From the NCBI GenBank assembly GCA_017465945.1, contig JAFTVD010000015.1, positions 28,290 through 92,289 of the forward strand: 64,000 nt of DNA, written 5' to 3'. The notes under the pieces are model-generated. The model was not told the DNA's origin. It searched no databases and worked only from the letters and a program-made list of their open reading frames with translations. Of the stretch, positions 54,984-64,000 are shown piece by piece; position 1 is the stretch's first letter, and every line of letters starts with the position of its first letter. This DNA comes from Alphaproteobacteria bacterium (GTDB lineage Bacteria; Pseudomonadota; Alphaproteobacteria; RF32; CAG-239). The position numbers were made by a program, and so were the translations under genes.

Positions 54984-56066
54984 TTACCTACTTACTCCCC
55001 CATTAACTTTACCAATAGGCAAAATATCAGGTCCTATAAACATCCCTTCAATATTGTCTGACTTACCATCATAACTTTTCAATGGATTATTAGCACAATA
55101 AAAATTTCTCCCCACCTCTTTTGGCGCATACTCTAAAGAGGTTAGTAGATTATCTTTACAATTAAAATCTCTTCCAACCATAATTGGTGCTCCTTTTAAT
55201 GAGGTAAGTTTATTATGCCTGCAATCAAAATTTCCTATAATCTCGGTTTGTATTCCCTCCAAAGAAGTTAGCTCATTATGACTACAATAAAAACCTCTTT
55301 TAATCATTAATGGTACACCTTTTAAATTTGTAAGCATATTTCTGCTACAATCAAAATTCCCACCAACTTCACTTGGCGCCCCGACTAAACTTGTAAGATT
55401 ATTATCATTGCAATTAAAATCTTCATTAACTTTAATTGGTGCACCCGTTAAACTGTCAAGTTGATTATCACAACAATTAAAACTTTTTCCAATCTTAATT
55501 GGCACCCCTTTTAATGAAGTAATCTGATTACTACTACAATCAAAATCTCCTCCAACCTCACTTGGCGCATTTTCTAATGAAGTAAGCTGATTATTACTAC
55601 AATTAAAACATCTTCCAACCTTAATTGGCGCTCCCTCTAATGAAGTAAGCTTATTATAATCACAAACAAAGTAACCATTTACAACCACTTTAGAAAAATC
55701 AGGTAATTCTGTTAATCTTCTATGTGACAAATCAACATTACAATCAAGCTCATATCTATTAGGCAAAATCTTTAAAAACTTATTTATTTCTTCAACACTT
55801 GCTATATTAAAAAAATTTTCAGCTTTTTCTTTATCAAGCCCAACATTCTTCACTCCCTTTTCTTCTAAAAATTGGATAATTTTATCATTTTCCATTAATT
55901 TTGCTAAATCTAAAAGTGAGCATCCTGTACCATGACTTGCATTAACATCTCCGCCCATACGGATAATATAATCCATTTTCCTAAGCTTGACTTCAGTTGA
56001 AAGCTTGTCATCTAAAAGACATTTAATTAGTTGTTCGTTTAGCTTTTTCTTATGTACTTCACTCAT
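54984..56066 (-). CDS. Ankyrin-like head plus a 22-residue LRR protein. Paralogue of 12465..13526.
   Basis: The head LNEQLIKCLLDDKLS..KLRKMDYIIRMGGDVNASH is followed by about 9 LRR units (F.CS.N.LTSL.GAP..VG..F). I chose the ATG at 56066 (MSEVHKK) by analogy with the paralogue, over the GTG at 56087. Confidence 0.8.
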   Translation of the reverse strand: MSEVHKKKLNEQLIKCLLDDKLSTEVKLRKMDYIIRMGGDVNASHGTGCSLLDLAKLMENDKIIQFLEEKGVKNVGLDKEKAENFFNIASVEEINKFLKILPNRYELDCNVDLSHRRLTELPDFSKVVVNGYFVCDYNKLTSLEGAPIKVGRCFNCSNNQLTSLENAPSEVGGDFDCSSNQITSLKGVPIKIGKSFNCCDNQLDSLTGAPIKVNEDFNCNDNNLTSLVGAPSEVGGNFDCSRNMLTNLKGVPLMIKRGFYCSHNELTSLEGIQTEIIGNFDCRHNKLTSLKGAPIMVGRDFNCKDNLLTSLEYAPKEVGRNFYCANNPLKSYDGKSDNIEGMFIGPDILPIGKVNGGVSR

Positions 56067-56109
56067 CTTTTCTATCCTAAAAAGCACAAAACTCCCTTAA
56101 TATGCTAAC

Positions 56110-56138
56110 ATAATACCATAAATCTCCCCTTTTTGCAA
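56110..56138 (-). promoter_or_regulatory. Extended -10 sigma-70 promoter (member of a conserved module)
   Basis: The minus strand reads TTGCAA-AAAGGGGAGATTTATGG-TATTAT with a 17-nt spacer, preceded by a T-tract. Confidence 0.6.
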
Positions 56139-56154
56139 CAAAAAAACACCTTCT

Positions 56155-56354
56155 TAGATTGCTTCACATTCGTTCGCAATGACATATCCTCTCGTCATTG
56201 CGCCCCCTTTTTTCATCATTGCATCCCCTTCTCCTCCGTCATTGCAAGGAGCGTAAGCCTTGAAGCAATCCACATCTCTCCCCGTCATTGCGAGCCGTAG
56301 GCGTGGCAATCCATATTCCCCACCCTAGATTGCTTCACATTCGTTCGCAATGAC
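56155..56354. repeat. Cluster of GTCATTGC..GCAATC palindromic elements in both orientations
   Basis: Six units in total:
- TAGATTGCTTCACATTCGTTCGCAATGAC at 56155 and again at 56326
- GTCATTGCAAGGAGCGTAAGCCTTGAAGCAATC at 56238
- GTCATTGCGAGCCGTAGGCGTGGCAATCC at 56284
- partial units at 56194 and 56213. Confidence 0.8.
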
Positions 56355-56374
56355 ACGTCCTCTAAATATAAAAA

Positions 56375-56396
56375 GGCGTTAGATTTCTCCAACGCC
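56375..56396 (-). terminator. Possible rho-independent terminator downstream of parC
   Basis: The minus strand reads GGCGTT-GGAGAAATCT-AACGCC followed by TTTTTA. It lies about 185 nt after the parC stop, so the assignment is uncertain. Confidence 0.4.
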
Positions 56397-56582
56397 ACTA
56401 CAACTCTACACCCAATAAAGGCGAAAAATAAAATATGCTTTCCCAAAAGCCATTAAAGGCGGAAAATTTTGGATAGATAAAGATGGGCTTAAGGGAAATA
56501 AAAATTTTAGTGTAGATAGAACTACATGAATTTTTATTTTCCCGAAAAGACCGCTTTAGATACCAAAATTTACCCCTTTAAT

Positions 56583-58808
56583 TTATTTGAAAAACTTATT
56601 AGTTTTAGGAAACCCAAACGGTACAAGTCTTCCAACTTGTGCCCTGTGCCCAAGCCATGTAAGAAGTTCTTTTTCATTGGCAATACCACCAGAACGATTA
56701 TAGCAAAAACCTTCTTCTTCCTTAAATGTCTGAATATCACACATCTTGCAACCTTGGTACTTTTGAAGAAGCACACCTCGTCCTCTAGCCATAGATGGAA
56801 TTTCTTCTAACTTAAATATTAAAAGCTTTCTATTTTCACCAACCACAGCCACCATATCGCCCTCTATTTTTTTACAAAACTGCGCAACTTCTCCTTCTGC
56901 AAGATTTAATATCTTACGACCATTACGAGTTTGAGCAATAATATGGCTCTCATCAATAACAAAACCATGTCCATAATCAGAAGATACAATGTATTTTGCA
57001 CCTTTTTCAAACACAAACATACTACATACATTATCTTGAACGCCCAAATCCACCATCAAACGCACAGGCTGTCCAAAACCACGTCCCGATGGTATTTCAC
57101 TAGCATTAATATTAAAGAACTTACCTGCTGTATCAAACAATATAATCTTGTCTGTTGTATAAGCATGAATAACCGTAAGCAAACTATCATCTTCCTTAAA
57201 TTTAAACTCATCAGTTAAAGGAATATATCCCTTCATACTGCGTATCCAACCTTTTTGAGACAAAATAACTGTAATAGGTTCTTTTTCAACCATAACTTCA
57301 ATCGGCATATCAACATCTTCAGGCATATCTGCAAATTGACTTTTACGACGACCAAGAGGCGTTTTTTTACCAAACTTTTCTTTCATTTGATTAAATTCTT
57401 CAGCCAATTTTTCAAGACGCAAATCTTCACTTTGAAGTAATGTTTCTAAAGCATTTTTTTCTTCTGTTAATTCATCAAATTCTGCTCTAATTTCTTCTTC
57501 TTCAAGTTTACGAAGATTACGAAGCTTCATATTAAGTATAGCTTCGGCTTGATTGTCAGTAAGCTCAAAAGTTTTCATCAAACAAGCTTTAGAATCTTCT
57601 TCTTCTCTGATAATACGAATAACTTCATCAAGATTTAAATATGCAACCAAATAGCCAGATAAAATCTCAAGTCTTGCCATAATTTTTTGAAGACGATATT
57701 GCGACCTTCTAACCAAAACTTTGTGCCTATGATCAAGATATTCTTTTAATACCTCTTTTAAGCTCATAACTTTTGGCACACCATCAGAAGAAAGCACATT
57801 CATATTCATTGCAAACCTTGTTTCAAGTTCTGTTTGCTTAAATAAATGCTCCATTAACAATGTTGCATCAACCGACCTATTTTTAGGCTCTAAAACAATA
57901 CGAATATCTTGAGCAGACTCATCTCTAACATCAACAAGCAATGGTAATTTTTTATCTTCTAATAACTGTGCAATCTTTTCAATCAATTTAGATTTAACAA
58001 CTTGATATGGAATTTCTGTCACAACAATTTGGTATTGCCCATGCCCCAAATCTTCCTTTTCCCATTTAGCTCTAATTCTAAAATATCCTTTACCATGTGT
58101 ATATGCGTCAATTATAGCTTTATTATCAGCAATAATCAAACCGCCTGTAGGAAAATCAGGACCTTTAACAAACCTAACTAAATCTTTTATTTCACATTCA
58201 GGATTTTTTATTAAATACAAAAGACCGTCAGCAACCTCGCCTAAATTATGTGGAGGAATATTTGTAGCCATACCAACCGCAATACCAGACGTTCCATTAC
58301 ACAACAAATTAGGAACTGCAGCAGGCATTACAACCGGTTCTTGTTCTTCCCCATCATATGTATCCATAAAATCAACTGAATTTTCGTTTAACCCTTCCAT
58401 TAAAGCTATAGCAAAGTCAGTCAATCTTGCTTCAGTATAACGCATAGCAGCAGCGCCATCACCATCAACATTACCAAAGTTACCTTGTCCATCAACTAGT
58501 GGATACCTAACCGAAAAATCTTGAGCCAAACGAACCATAGCACCATAAACAGCGCTATCTCCATGAGGATGATATTTACCGATAACATCACCAACCACTC
58601 TAGCACATTTCTTAAAACCAGATTTAGGGTCTAACTTTAATTGTCTCATCGCGTACATTAAACGACGATGCACAGGTTTTAATCCATCTCTAACATCAGG
58701 AAGAGAACGAGCCACAATCGTAGACATAGCATACGATAAATAACGCTTGCTTAATTCTTCTTTTAATTTAACGTCATAAATACGCTCTTCTTCTAAAATT
58801 TCTTCCAT
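56583..58808 (-). CDS. parC: DNA topoisomerase IV subunit A
   Basis: 741 aa. [14 protein letters not shown], the active-site AAMRYTE, and a short C-terminal domain in which I saw no GyrA box. Confidence 0.8.
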   Translation of the reverse strand: MEEILEEERIYDVKLKEELSKRYLSYAMSTIVARSLPDVRDGLKPVHRRLMYAMRQLKLDPKSGFKKCARVVGDVIGKYHPHGDSAVYGAMVRLAQDFSVRYPLVDGQGNFGNVDGDGAAAMRYTEARLTDFAIALMEGLNENSVDFMDTYDGEEQEPVVMPAAVPNLLCNGTSGIAVGMATNIPPHNLGEVADGLLYLIKNPECEIKDLVRFVKGPDFPTGGLIIADNKAIIDAYTHGKGYFRIRAKWEKEDLGHGQYQIVVTEIPYQVVKSKLIEKIAQLLEDKKLPLLVDVRDESAQDIRIVLEPKNRSVDATLLMEHLFKQTELETRFAMNMNVLSSDGVPKVMSLKEVLKEYLDHRHKVLVRRSQYRLQKIMARLEILSGYLVAYLNLDEVIRIIREEEDSKACLMKTFELTDNQAEAILNMKLRNLRKLEEEEIRAEFDELTEEKNALETLLQSEDLRLEKLAEEFNQMKEKFGKKTPLGRRKSQFADMPEDVDMPIEVMVEKEPITVILSQKGWIRSMKGYIPLTDEFKFKEDDSLLTVIHAYTTDKIILFDTAGKFFNINASEIPSGRGFGQPVRLMVDLGVQDNVCSMFVFEKGAKYIVSSDYGHGFVIDESHIIAQTRNGRKILNLAEGEVAQFCKKIEGDMVAVVGENRKLLIFKLEEIPSMARGRGVLLQKYQGCKMCDIQTFKEEEGFCYNRSGGIANEKELLTWLGHRAQVGRLVPFGFPKTNKFFK

Positions 58809-58832
58809 TACACCCTCAATTTTTAATTATGC

Positions 58833-59567
58833 TTAAGCTTCATCCATCTCATTTGCCAATATGTTCCATATTTTTGCACAACTATCAGGCAATTTAATAT
58901 CATGAAACTTAAAAAAGTTCTCTTTTAAGAAATATTCAGTCATTTTTAGCACATTAAAAATTTCCTTATAAGACGGACTATCACTTTTATCCACAACAAA
59001 TTGCGGATAAAAGAACAATTTTTCTTTATATGGCTCTCCAACATCCTTTGAAACAGCCTTACCCGTCCTTGGTGATACATAATAAAGATTATCCACTTCT
59101 CCTGTTACAGCACAACAATCAAGTGATAAACCAACCCCTAAATATTCTAAAGCATAAAACTCAAAATATGTATACCAGACAAACATTTCTTTTATGCTTT
59201 TAGCCTTAAAAAATTTTCCCACAATTTCATAAAAATTCAAAACTTCTTCATTTTCATTTAATATTTTGACAAACATAGGAATAACAGCTGTCAATAATTC
59301 TAACTTTTTAAAATCAGTCATCATACCAACTGCATTAGGCTCAACAAGTTCTACCCTAAAAAGCCTTTTCATATTTTCTTCTAATCTTGCAGATGATTCA
59401 AAAAAAATCTTATTTCCAACCTGAAAAATACCTCTATTTTTCTTACTCATACCATCAGAAACAAATCCTGTTATTTTTCCTTTGCTCGCAGATAAAATAG
59501 TAACAATAAGAGCTTTTTCTCCATACTTTATAGCACCTAAAATATATCCCTCGTCTTTTATTATCAT
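58833..59567 (-). CDS. recO: DNA repair protein RecO
   Basis: 244 aa with an N-terminal OB-like segment (DEGYILGAIKYGEKALIVTILSASKGKITGFV) and a Cys-containing middle region. Confidence 0.7.
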   Translation of the reverse strand: MIIKDEGYILGAIKYGEKALIVTILSASKGKITGFVSDGMSKKNRGIFQVGNKIFFESSARLEENMKRLFRVELVEPNAVGMMTDFKKLELLTAVIPMFVKILNENEEVLNFYEIVGKFFKAKSIKEMFVWYTYFEFYALEYLGVGLSLDCCAVTGEVDNLYYVSPRTGKAVSKDVGEPYKEKLFFYPQFVVDKSDSPSYKEIFNVLKMTEYFLKENFFKFHDIKLPDSCAKIWNILANEMDEA

Positions 59568-59570
59568 ACC

Positions 59571-61364
59571 CTATTCTCGTCCCACCATTTTTATTAAATC
59601 ATTTATATGGATTTCTTTAACTTTTTCTGTTTTCGGATGAATTTTTGATAAATCTTCTTCTAATGTTAGTTTAGCATTATCTAACCGACCTTGTCTTTCT
59701 CTTGCCAAAAAATCACTTCTAGTATCAATTATTTCATTTGTTTGCATCACATCAGACCGTCTCTCCCCAAATTCCATATTATAATCAGGTGCATTCATAG
59801 GACTAACATCATTTAATCCAACTTGATATTTTTCTCCAATTCTATATTTACTTACACTATCAACATCTCTTTTATTTTCAACAAACGAAGCAAAATGTTC
59901 TTCCACGCTATTAGAAAAACTATAAGCATCTTTTTTTCTGAGTTTCTCACTACTTGCTACATATTTACTAAAATCAGGCTCATCTACTCCCAATTTATCC
60001 AGAAAACAAGCATCATTTCCATTCTCATCTTTATAACTCCAAATTTTTCTTAACTCATCTTTATACTCTTTATCACTTGCCTTAACAAGCCATCCTTCAT
60101 CATGGCACATTTTTTCAATTAATTCACCTGTTTTTTGATAAATACTATCTTTTTCACAAATACTAGGAATACCGCCATTAAACTCTTTAGCACTAACATC
60201 ATCTTCTATTCCCTTAACAAGGCTTGCAAAATAACTATTAATAGCCAAATTATATCTTTGTTCATAACTAAAATGTTTCAATTCTGGATTATTTACATTC
60301 GCTAAAAAAACATCAGCATCATCTCTTAATCCATCCTTTTTTAATGCATCTATAACATTATCTATATTAGCTCCATCTCTTAACATTCCATCAGCTCTTA
60401 TCATTTCTATAGAAATAGTACCAATTACTTCGGTCATAACATCACTAAAAGAAATTCCTCCTATATTCAAAATTTGATCTCGAGCTTCCGAAAAATTTAC
60501 ATCATCTGCTTTAACATTTCCTGTTCCTTTTTGTATATCCTCTAAAACCATTTCATTATGATCTTTTCTATAAATAACTCCATAATTATTGTGCCAATAA
60601 ATAGCAGTTTCATCTGCTATAAACTTCATTTCCTCATCAAAATCTTTAACACTATTACTCAATGGATTTATCTCACCACTTTCAACCTTGTCAAAATAGT
60701 ATCTATATCTACCCTTACCTTTTTCTATAATTTCATTTCTTTCTTCATCTGTTTTTGCTTCTTTATACATCTGTCTTACTTGCAAAAGACCTGCCATTGT
60801 TGCCCCAATTTCTGTATAATTATGAAGCTGATAATGTTGCTCAAAACTCATATCCGCACTAAAATTAACTTTATTATATTGATGCATATGCTCTGCTTCA
60901 TGAGCTAGTGAAATAAGTGTTTCTACAGTATCTTGTTTTTCACCCTCAACAATAATATCTGTAATAGTATTACTTGATTGACGATAATATGCCGTAGACG
61001 ATTTCTCTTCATCTATACTTATTGTATCATTTTGATATTGAAGATTTTTAATTCTTGGTGCTTTTCCTATCTCTTCAATAACATCATACGAAAATAGGCT
61101 ATCTTCTCTTAATTCTTCTCGTAATTCCAGCGATGTTTGTCCTTTATCTTTATTTGAAGAAAATCTTGCAAAAAAATCATTAAAACACTCCTGTGCATCC
61201 TTGCATGCTTCTTTCAAATCTTGTCTTAAAGTATTTTCTTTATACTCAACTTTGTCCTCAATATCATCATTATCTTGCCCACTCTTTGCAATATAATTCC
61301 CTGTGGCATTCATTGCCGCAATCACACTCAAACCCGCAATATAATGTCCTAATTTCTTTTTCAT
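59571..61364 (-). CDS. Secreted HExxH protein, family unknown (paralogue B)
   Basis: The ATG at 61364 follows AAGGA. The N-terminus is hydrophobic. HEAEH is followed by conserved Glu residues 16 and 26 positions after the motif. It is colinear with 61378..63324. Confidence 0.7.
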   Translation of the reverse strand: MKKKLGHYIAGLSVIAAMNATGNYIAKSGQDNDDIEDKVEYKENTLRQDLKEACKDAQECFNDFFARFSSNKDKGQTSLELREELREDSLFSYDVIEEIGKAPRIKNLQYQNDTISIDEEKSSTAYYRQSSNTITDIIVEGEKQDTVETLISLAHEAEHMHQYNKVNFSADMSFEQHYQLHNYTEIGATMAGLLQVRQMYKEAKTDEERNEIIEKGKGRYRYYFDKVESGEINPLSNSVKDFDEEMKFIADETAIYWHNNYGVIYRKDHNEMVLEDIQKGTGNVKADDVNFSEARDQILNIGGISFSDVMTEVIGTISIEMIRADGMLRDGANIDNVIDALKKDGLRDDADVFLANVNNPELKHFSYEQRYNLAINSYFASLVKGIEDDVSAKEFNGGIPSICEKDSIYQKTGELIEKMCHDEGWLVKASDKEYKDELRKIWSYKDENGNDACFLDKLGVDEPDFSKYVASSEKLRKKDAYSFSNSVEEHFASFVENKRDVDSVSKYRIGEKYQVGLNDVSPMNAPDYNMEFGERRSDVMQTNEIIDTRSDFLARERQGRLDNAKLTLEEDLSKIHPKTEKVKEIHINDLIKMVGRE

Positions 61365-61377
61365 CCTTTTTTCCTTA

Positions 61378-63324
61378 TTAACGACCACCTTTTTGTTGCA
61401 TTGCCATATTTATAGCAACATTTGTCATTGCATTATCATTAGCTTTTTCTGTTTTCGGATGAATATTTGCTAAATCCTCTTTTAATTTATCTCCCAAAAC
61501 CTTTGTTTTATCCGCTGTTTGCTCACCACGAACCACATCACCTGCTACCCTATCTTGTTTAGAAACATTATTTTCAAGTGCTGGACTATTTTCTACCACA
61601 CTATTGTTAGCATTTGTAGCAACATTTCCTTTAGCCCCCTCTACCTCTTCTAATTTACTCAAAAAATCTTTCAAAAATGGTTTTCTAAAGTCAATAATAT
61701 CACTTCTTGTTAAAACATCTGAAAATCCTCGACCTTCCATATATTTAGGATCTTTTGCTTCTATTTTCACATCAGAATATGAATCCTCTTTTTTAAATTT
61801 CGACTTAATTCTATTAAAACAATTTTTTACACGATTTGAAAAGCTTCTTTCCGAAATTTGATAGTTCAAAGAATAAACAGAGGCAAAATAATCTAACTCA
61901 GGGTCATTATTAAAATCAGGTACTTTTCCATCTTTAAACCCTTTAGTAAAATCAATTCCATCTATAACCCAAATATCTTTTAACATCTGTTGATATTTTT
62001 CTTCATTCCCTTTAGAAGAATATGTATTTTCTTTTAATATTTTTTGCTGTAACTCAACACTCATATTAAAAAGATTGTTATCCCTACTAACTTCTCTCCA
62101 TTTTTCTTTAGCAAAATAATCAACATACTGAAGTTCATTTTTAACAAAAAAATTACTTATAGGTCCACCTATTCCACCTTCTAACAAATGTTTTGCCATA
62201 TATTTATGGATAGCTAAATTATATTGCTGTTCTGCACTTAATCCTTCTGTGCCTTTTAATGGCTCCATTTCAATTTTCATCATATCTGCTTCATATGTAC
62301 TAATTTCTGGCATTTTTTTCTTTAAGCTATCTGCTTTAGCTTGCTCTTTTGCCACCCCTTCCTTATCATAACATTCAACATCTTCCTTAAAATACTCAGA
62401 AAAATTTATTCCTCCCATTGTGTACATTGTATCCATTGCATTTTTATAATTTTCATTGTTTTCTTTGCAATATTCTGCTCCATTATTAGCATGGTCTGAT
62501 GTAATATATATATTATGAGAAGCGTATGCTATTGCATATTTATTAACCCACATATTTTTTGTTTCATTTGCAATAAATGCCATTTCTTCCTTAAAATCTT
62601 TTGAATTTAACGAACCTGGTTTTATTTTATTACTTCGTATTGCATCCACATAATAAGAAAATCTTTCATCGGCCCCATTTAATACACTATCCCGTTCTTC
62701 GTCAGTCTTTGCTTCTATATATTTTTGCCTAAGATCTAATAAGTCCGCTATATTTGATGATATCTCATCATGCATACATAATTTATAATTCTGTTCACAG
62801 CTCATCGACATCTTACCAAGCAAAGCTAATTTTTTATCTTTATGCTGTACTTCATGAACTACAACACCACTACTTTGTGCTCTTTCATTAGATTTTTTAT
62901 GTTCTTCTCCAACATCTCTATAGTAAACTGTTATTGTATTATCCAAAGGACTATATCTGGCTAAAGTACCTGTAACATAATTTACCGTATCTACTTGATA
63001 CTCAACAGTTCTTGTTGGAGCTTTAAGTAAATTAACTAATTCATCTTTTTCTTTTGCATCTAATTTTAATTCTTCTTTTAATTCTTCCTTTGTTTGAGTT
63101 GTTGATGACGCTTCGCTTAATTGCTCTGCATTACCAGCCACAGTTTCCCAAGCAACTGTGCTATCATTTTTTAGTTCATCTCTTAAATTGTCTTGAACAT
63201 ATTCTATTTTATTACCATTTTCATTATTGTTAGTAACATTTTCTTGTGCTTCAGCACTTACTGGACTACCTGCCATTACAGCAACAACACTAGCCCCAAC
63301 AATATAATTACCAACTTTTCCCAT
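61378..63324 (-). CDS. Secreted HExxH protein, family unknown (paralogue A)
   Basis: The ATG at 63324 follows GAGGA. The signal peptide ends VSAEA-QE. The motif is HEVQH. The C-terminal block is shared with paralogue B (EDL..IHPKTEK). Confidence 0.7.
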   Translation of the reverse strand: MGKVGNYIVGASVVAVMAGSPVSAEAQENVTNNNENGNKIEYVQDNLRDELKNDSTVAWETVAGNAEQLSEASSTTQTKEELKEELKLDAKEKDELVNLLKAPTRTVEYQVDTVNYVTGTLARYSPLDNTITVYYRDVGEEHKKSNERAQSSGVVVHEVQHKDKKLALLGKMSMSCEQNYKLCMHDEISSNIADLLDLRQKYIEAKTDEERDSVLNGADERFSYYVDAIRSNKIKPGSLNSKDFKEEMAFIANETKNMWVNKYAIAYASHNIYITSDHANNGAEYCKENNENYKNAMDTMYTMGGINFSEYFKEDVECYDKEGVAKEQAKADSLKKKMPEISTYEADMMKIEMEPLKGTEGLSAEQQYNLAIHKYMAKHLLEGGIGGPISNFFVKNELQYVDYFAKEKWREVSRDNNLFNMSVELQQKILKENTYSSKGNEEKYQQMLKDIWVIDGIDFTKGFKDGKVPDFNNDPELDYFASVYSLNYQISERSFSNRVKNCFNRIKSKFKKEDSYSDVKIEAKDPKYMEGRGFSDVLTRSDIIDFRKPFLKDFLSKLEEVEGAKGNVATNANNSVVENSPALENNVSKQDRVAGDVVRGEQTADKTKVLGDKLKEDLANIHPKTEKANDNAMTNVAINMAMQQKGGR

Positions 63325-63358
63325 AACAAATATCCTCAAAACATCATAAATATGACTA

Positions 63359-63387
63359 ATTTTATCACAAATATGACAATTTTTCAA
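63359..63387 (-). promoter_or_regulatory. Extended -10 sigma-70 promoter for the HExxH pair
   Basis: The minus strand reads TTGAAA-AATTGTCATATTTGTGA-TAAAAT with a 17-nt spacer and TG one base before the -10. It lies inside the N-terminal extension of the ORF-track model, which supports the start at 63324. Confidence 0.55.
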
Positions 63388-63410
63388 CTAGAAAAACACT
63401 AATGAAATTC

Positions 63411-63686
63411 TTATTTTTTTTCAATTTCTATATATTGAGAGCAATTTGGGCAATTATAACCATTATCTATAACATCTCTTATCAAAACATTTTCCATACA
63501 ATTTGAACACTGCACCACAACATCTACATTACTCGAGCAGTTTAGACATTTGCAATCATTATCTATTAAATCTTCTTTTAAAACATGAACTAAACACTTT
63601 GGACATTGCACCCACTCATTATTAGCCACTTCTTCATCTGATATTTCATTTGAAAAAAACTTTTTTATATTTTCCCAAAAACTCAT
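63411..63686 (-). CDS. Small double zinc-ribbon protein
   Basis: 91 aa with four CxxC pairs arranged as an internal duplication (QCPKC..CLNC / QCSNC..CPNC). Confidence 0.6.
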   Translation of the reverse strand: MSFWENIKKFFSNEISDEEVANNEWVQCPKCLVHVLKEDLIDNDCKCLNCSSNVDVVVQCSNCMENVLIRDVIDNGYNCPNCSQYIEIEKK

Positions 63687-63702
63687 ACTTCCCCTTAAAA
63701 AA

Positions 63703-63779
63703 TGGTGTCAGCGGCGGGACTCGAACCCACTACCCACAGTTTAGGAAACTGTTGCTCTATCCTGATGAGCTACGCCGAC
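63703..63779 (-). tRNA. tRNA-Arg (anticodon CCU), CCA encoded
   Basis: I folded the cloverleaf by hand: GUCGGCG-UA-GCUC-AUCAGGAUA-GAGC-A-ACAGU-UUCCUAA-ACUGU-GGGUA-GUGGG-UUCGAGU-CCCGC-CGCUGAC-A-CCA. Confidence 0.9.
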
Positions 63780-63844
63780 ACTACCAAACTACATACAAAA
63801 AATTTACATCAAATACAAGTAAAATTTATCTTTATTCTCACAAT

Positions 63845-64000
63845 TTATAAGGCTGCACTAAAATTATAAAAATCATTAATATCATTTATAATTTTTGAAC
63901 TTATCCCTTTAGCTATAATAGGCTTACAATCATTATAATAAAAGAAGTTAGACATAGCATAAATATATTCAAAAGGATATTTACACTTATCATCATACAA
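63845..64000 (-). CDS. 3' end of a hypothetical CDS that runs off the window end
   Basis: The minus-strand frame is open from 64000 to a TAA at 63845-63847 (..KPIIAKGISSKIINDINDFYNFSAAL*). I recognised no motif. Confidence 0.3.
   Translation of the reverse strand: MYDDKCKYPFEYIYAMSNFFYYNDCKPIIAKGISSKIINDINDFYNFSAAL

Noticed and set aside
56526-56810. Two small ORFs (56526..56810 plus strand, 56570..56776 minus strand) at the 3' end of parC
   Set aside because: Both overlap the parC C-terminal coding region in other frames or strands, and their composition is unconvincing. parC reads through cleanly to its stop at 56583.

Overview
The window is about 30% GC and almost fully coding. It comes from an alphaproteobacterium: it carries a circularly permuted two-piece tmRNA encoding the tag ANDNFAPVAVAA, followed directly by an alpha-type sspB. 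All family calls rest on motifs I recognised by eye in the supplied translations; no searches were run.

Housekeeping content:
- yejE and yejF (yejF is partial)
- ssrA, sspB and an RHH gene
- malQ, glgX and glgB
- an NfeD/stomatin pair
- a PiT phosphate transporter with a DUF47 partner
- a divergent asd-like gene
- an MscS-family channel
- mutL, an MBL-fold hydrolase and tatD
- a condensed division cluster: mraY-ftsW-murB-ftsQ-ftsA-ftsZ
- greA, a peroxiredoxin, prmA and an aminopeptidase P
- parC, recO and tRNA-Arg(CCU)

Accessory genes suggesting a host-associated lifestyle are interleaved with these:
- Four proteins share one N-terminal ankyrin-like head but carry either ankyrin or 22-residue LRR arrays.
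- Two paralogues of an unrecognised family carry roughly 44-residue Cys-containing LRR-like repeats.
- A tandem pair of secreted HExxH proteins has no family I recognise.
- Two membrane proteins carry in-frame acidic tandem arrays.
- Two paralogues look like GT-C glycosyltransferases.

I saw no canonical defence, CRISPR, prophage, transposase or integrase signature.

Strongest leads:
1. Two nested duplicative insertions split an ancestral glgB-glgX junction. One brought in an Ank-LRR gene cassette flanked by 238-bp direct repeats.
2. The second insertion is a 164-nt relatively GC-rich rod-like hairpin plus terminator, flanked by 89-bp copies of the glgB 3' end.
3. One extended -10 promoter module is conserved upstream of three effector-like genes at two distant loci.
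4. The modular effector-like family has a shared N-terminal head and a recurrent C-terminal F-x-K-I-E-R tail.
5. The tandem secreted HExxH pair lies next to tRNA-Arg and abuts recO-parC.
6. A terminator-bounded candidate sRNA lies at 23878-24016.
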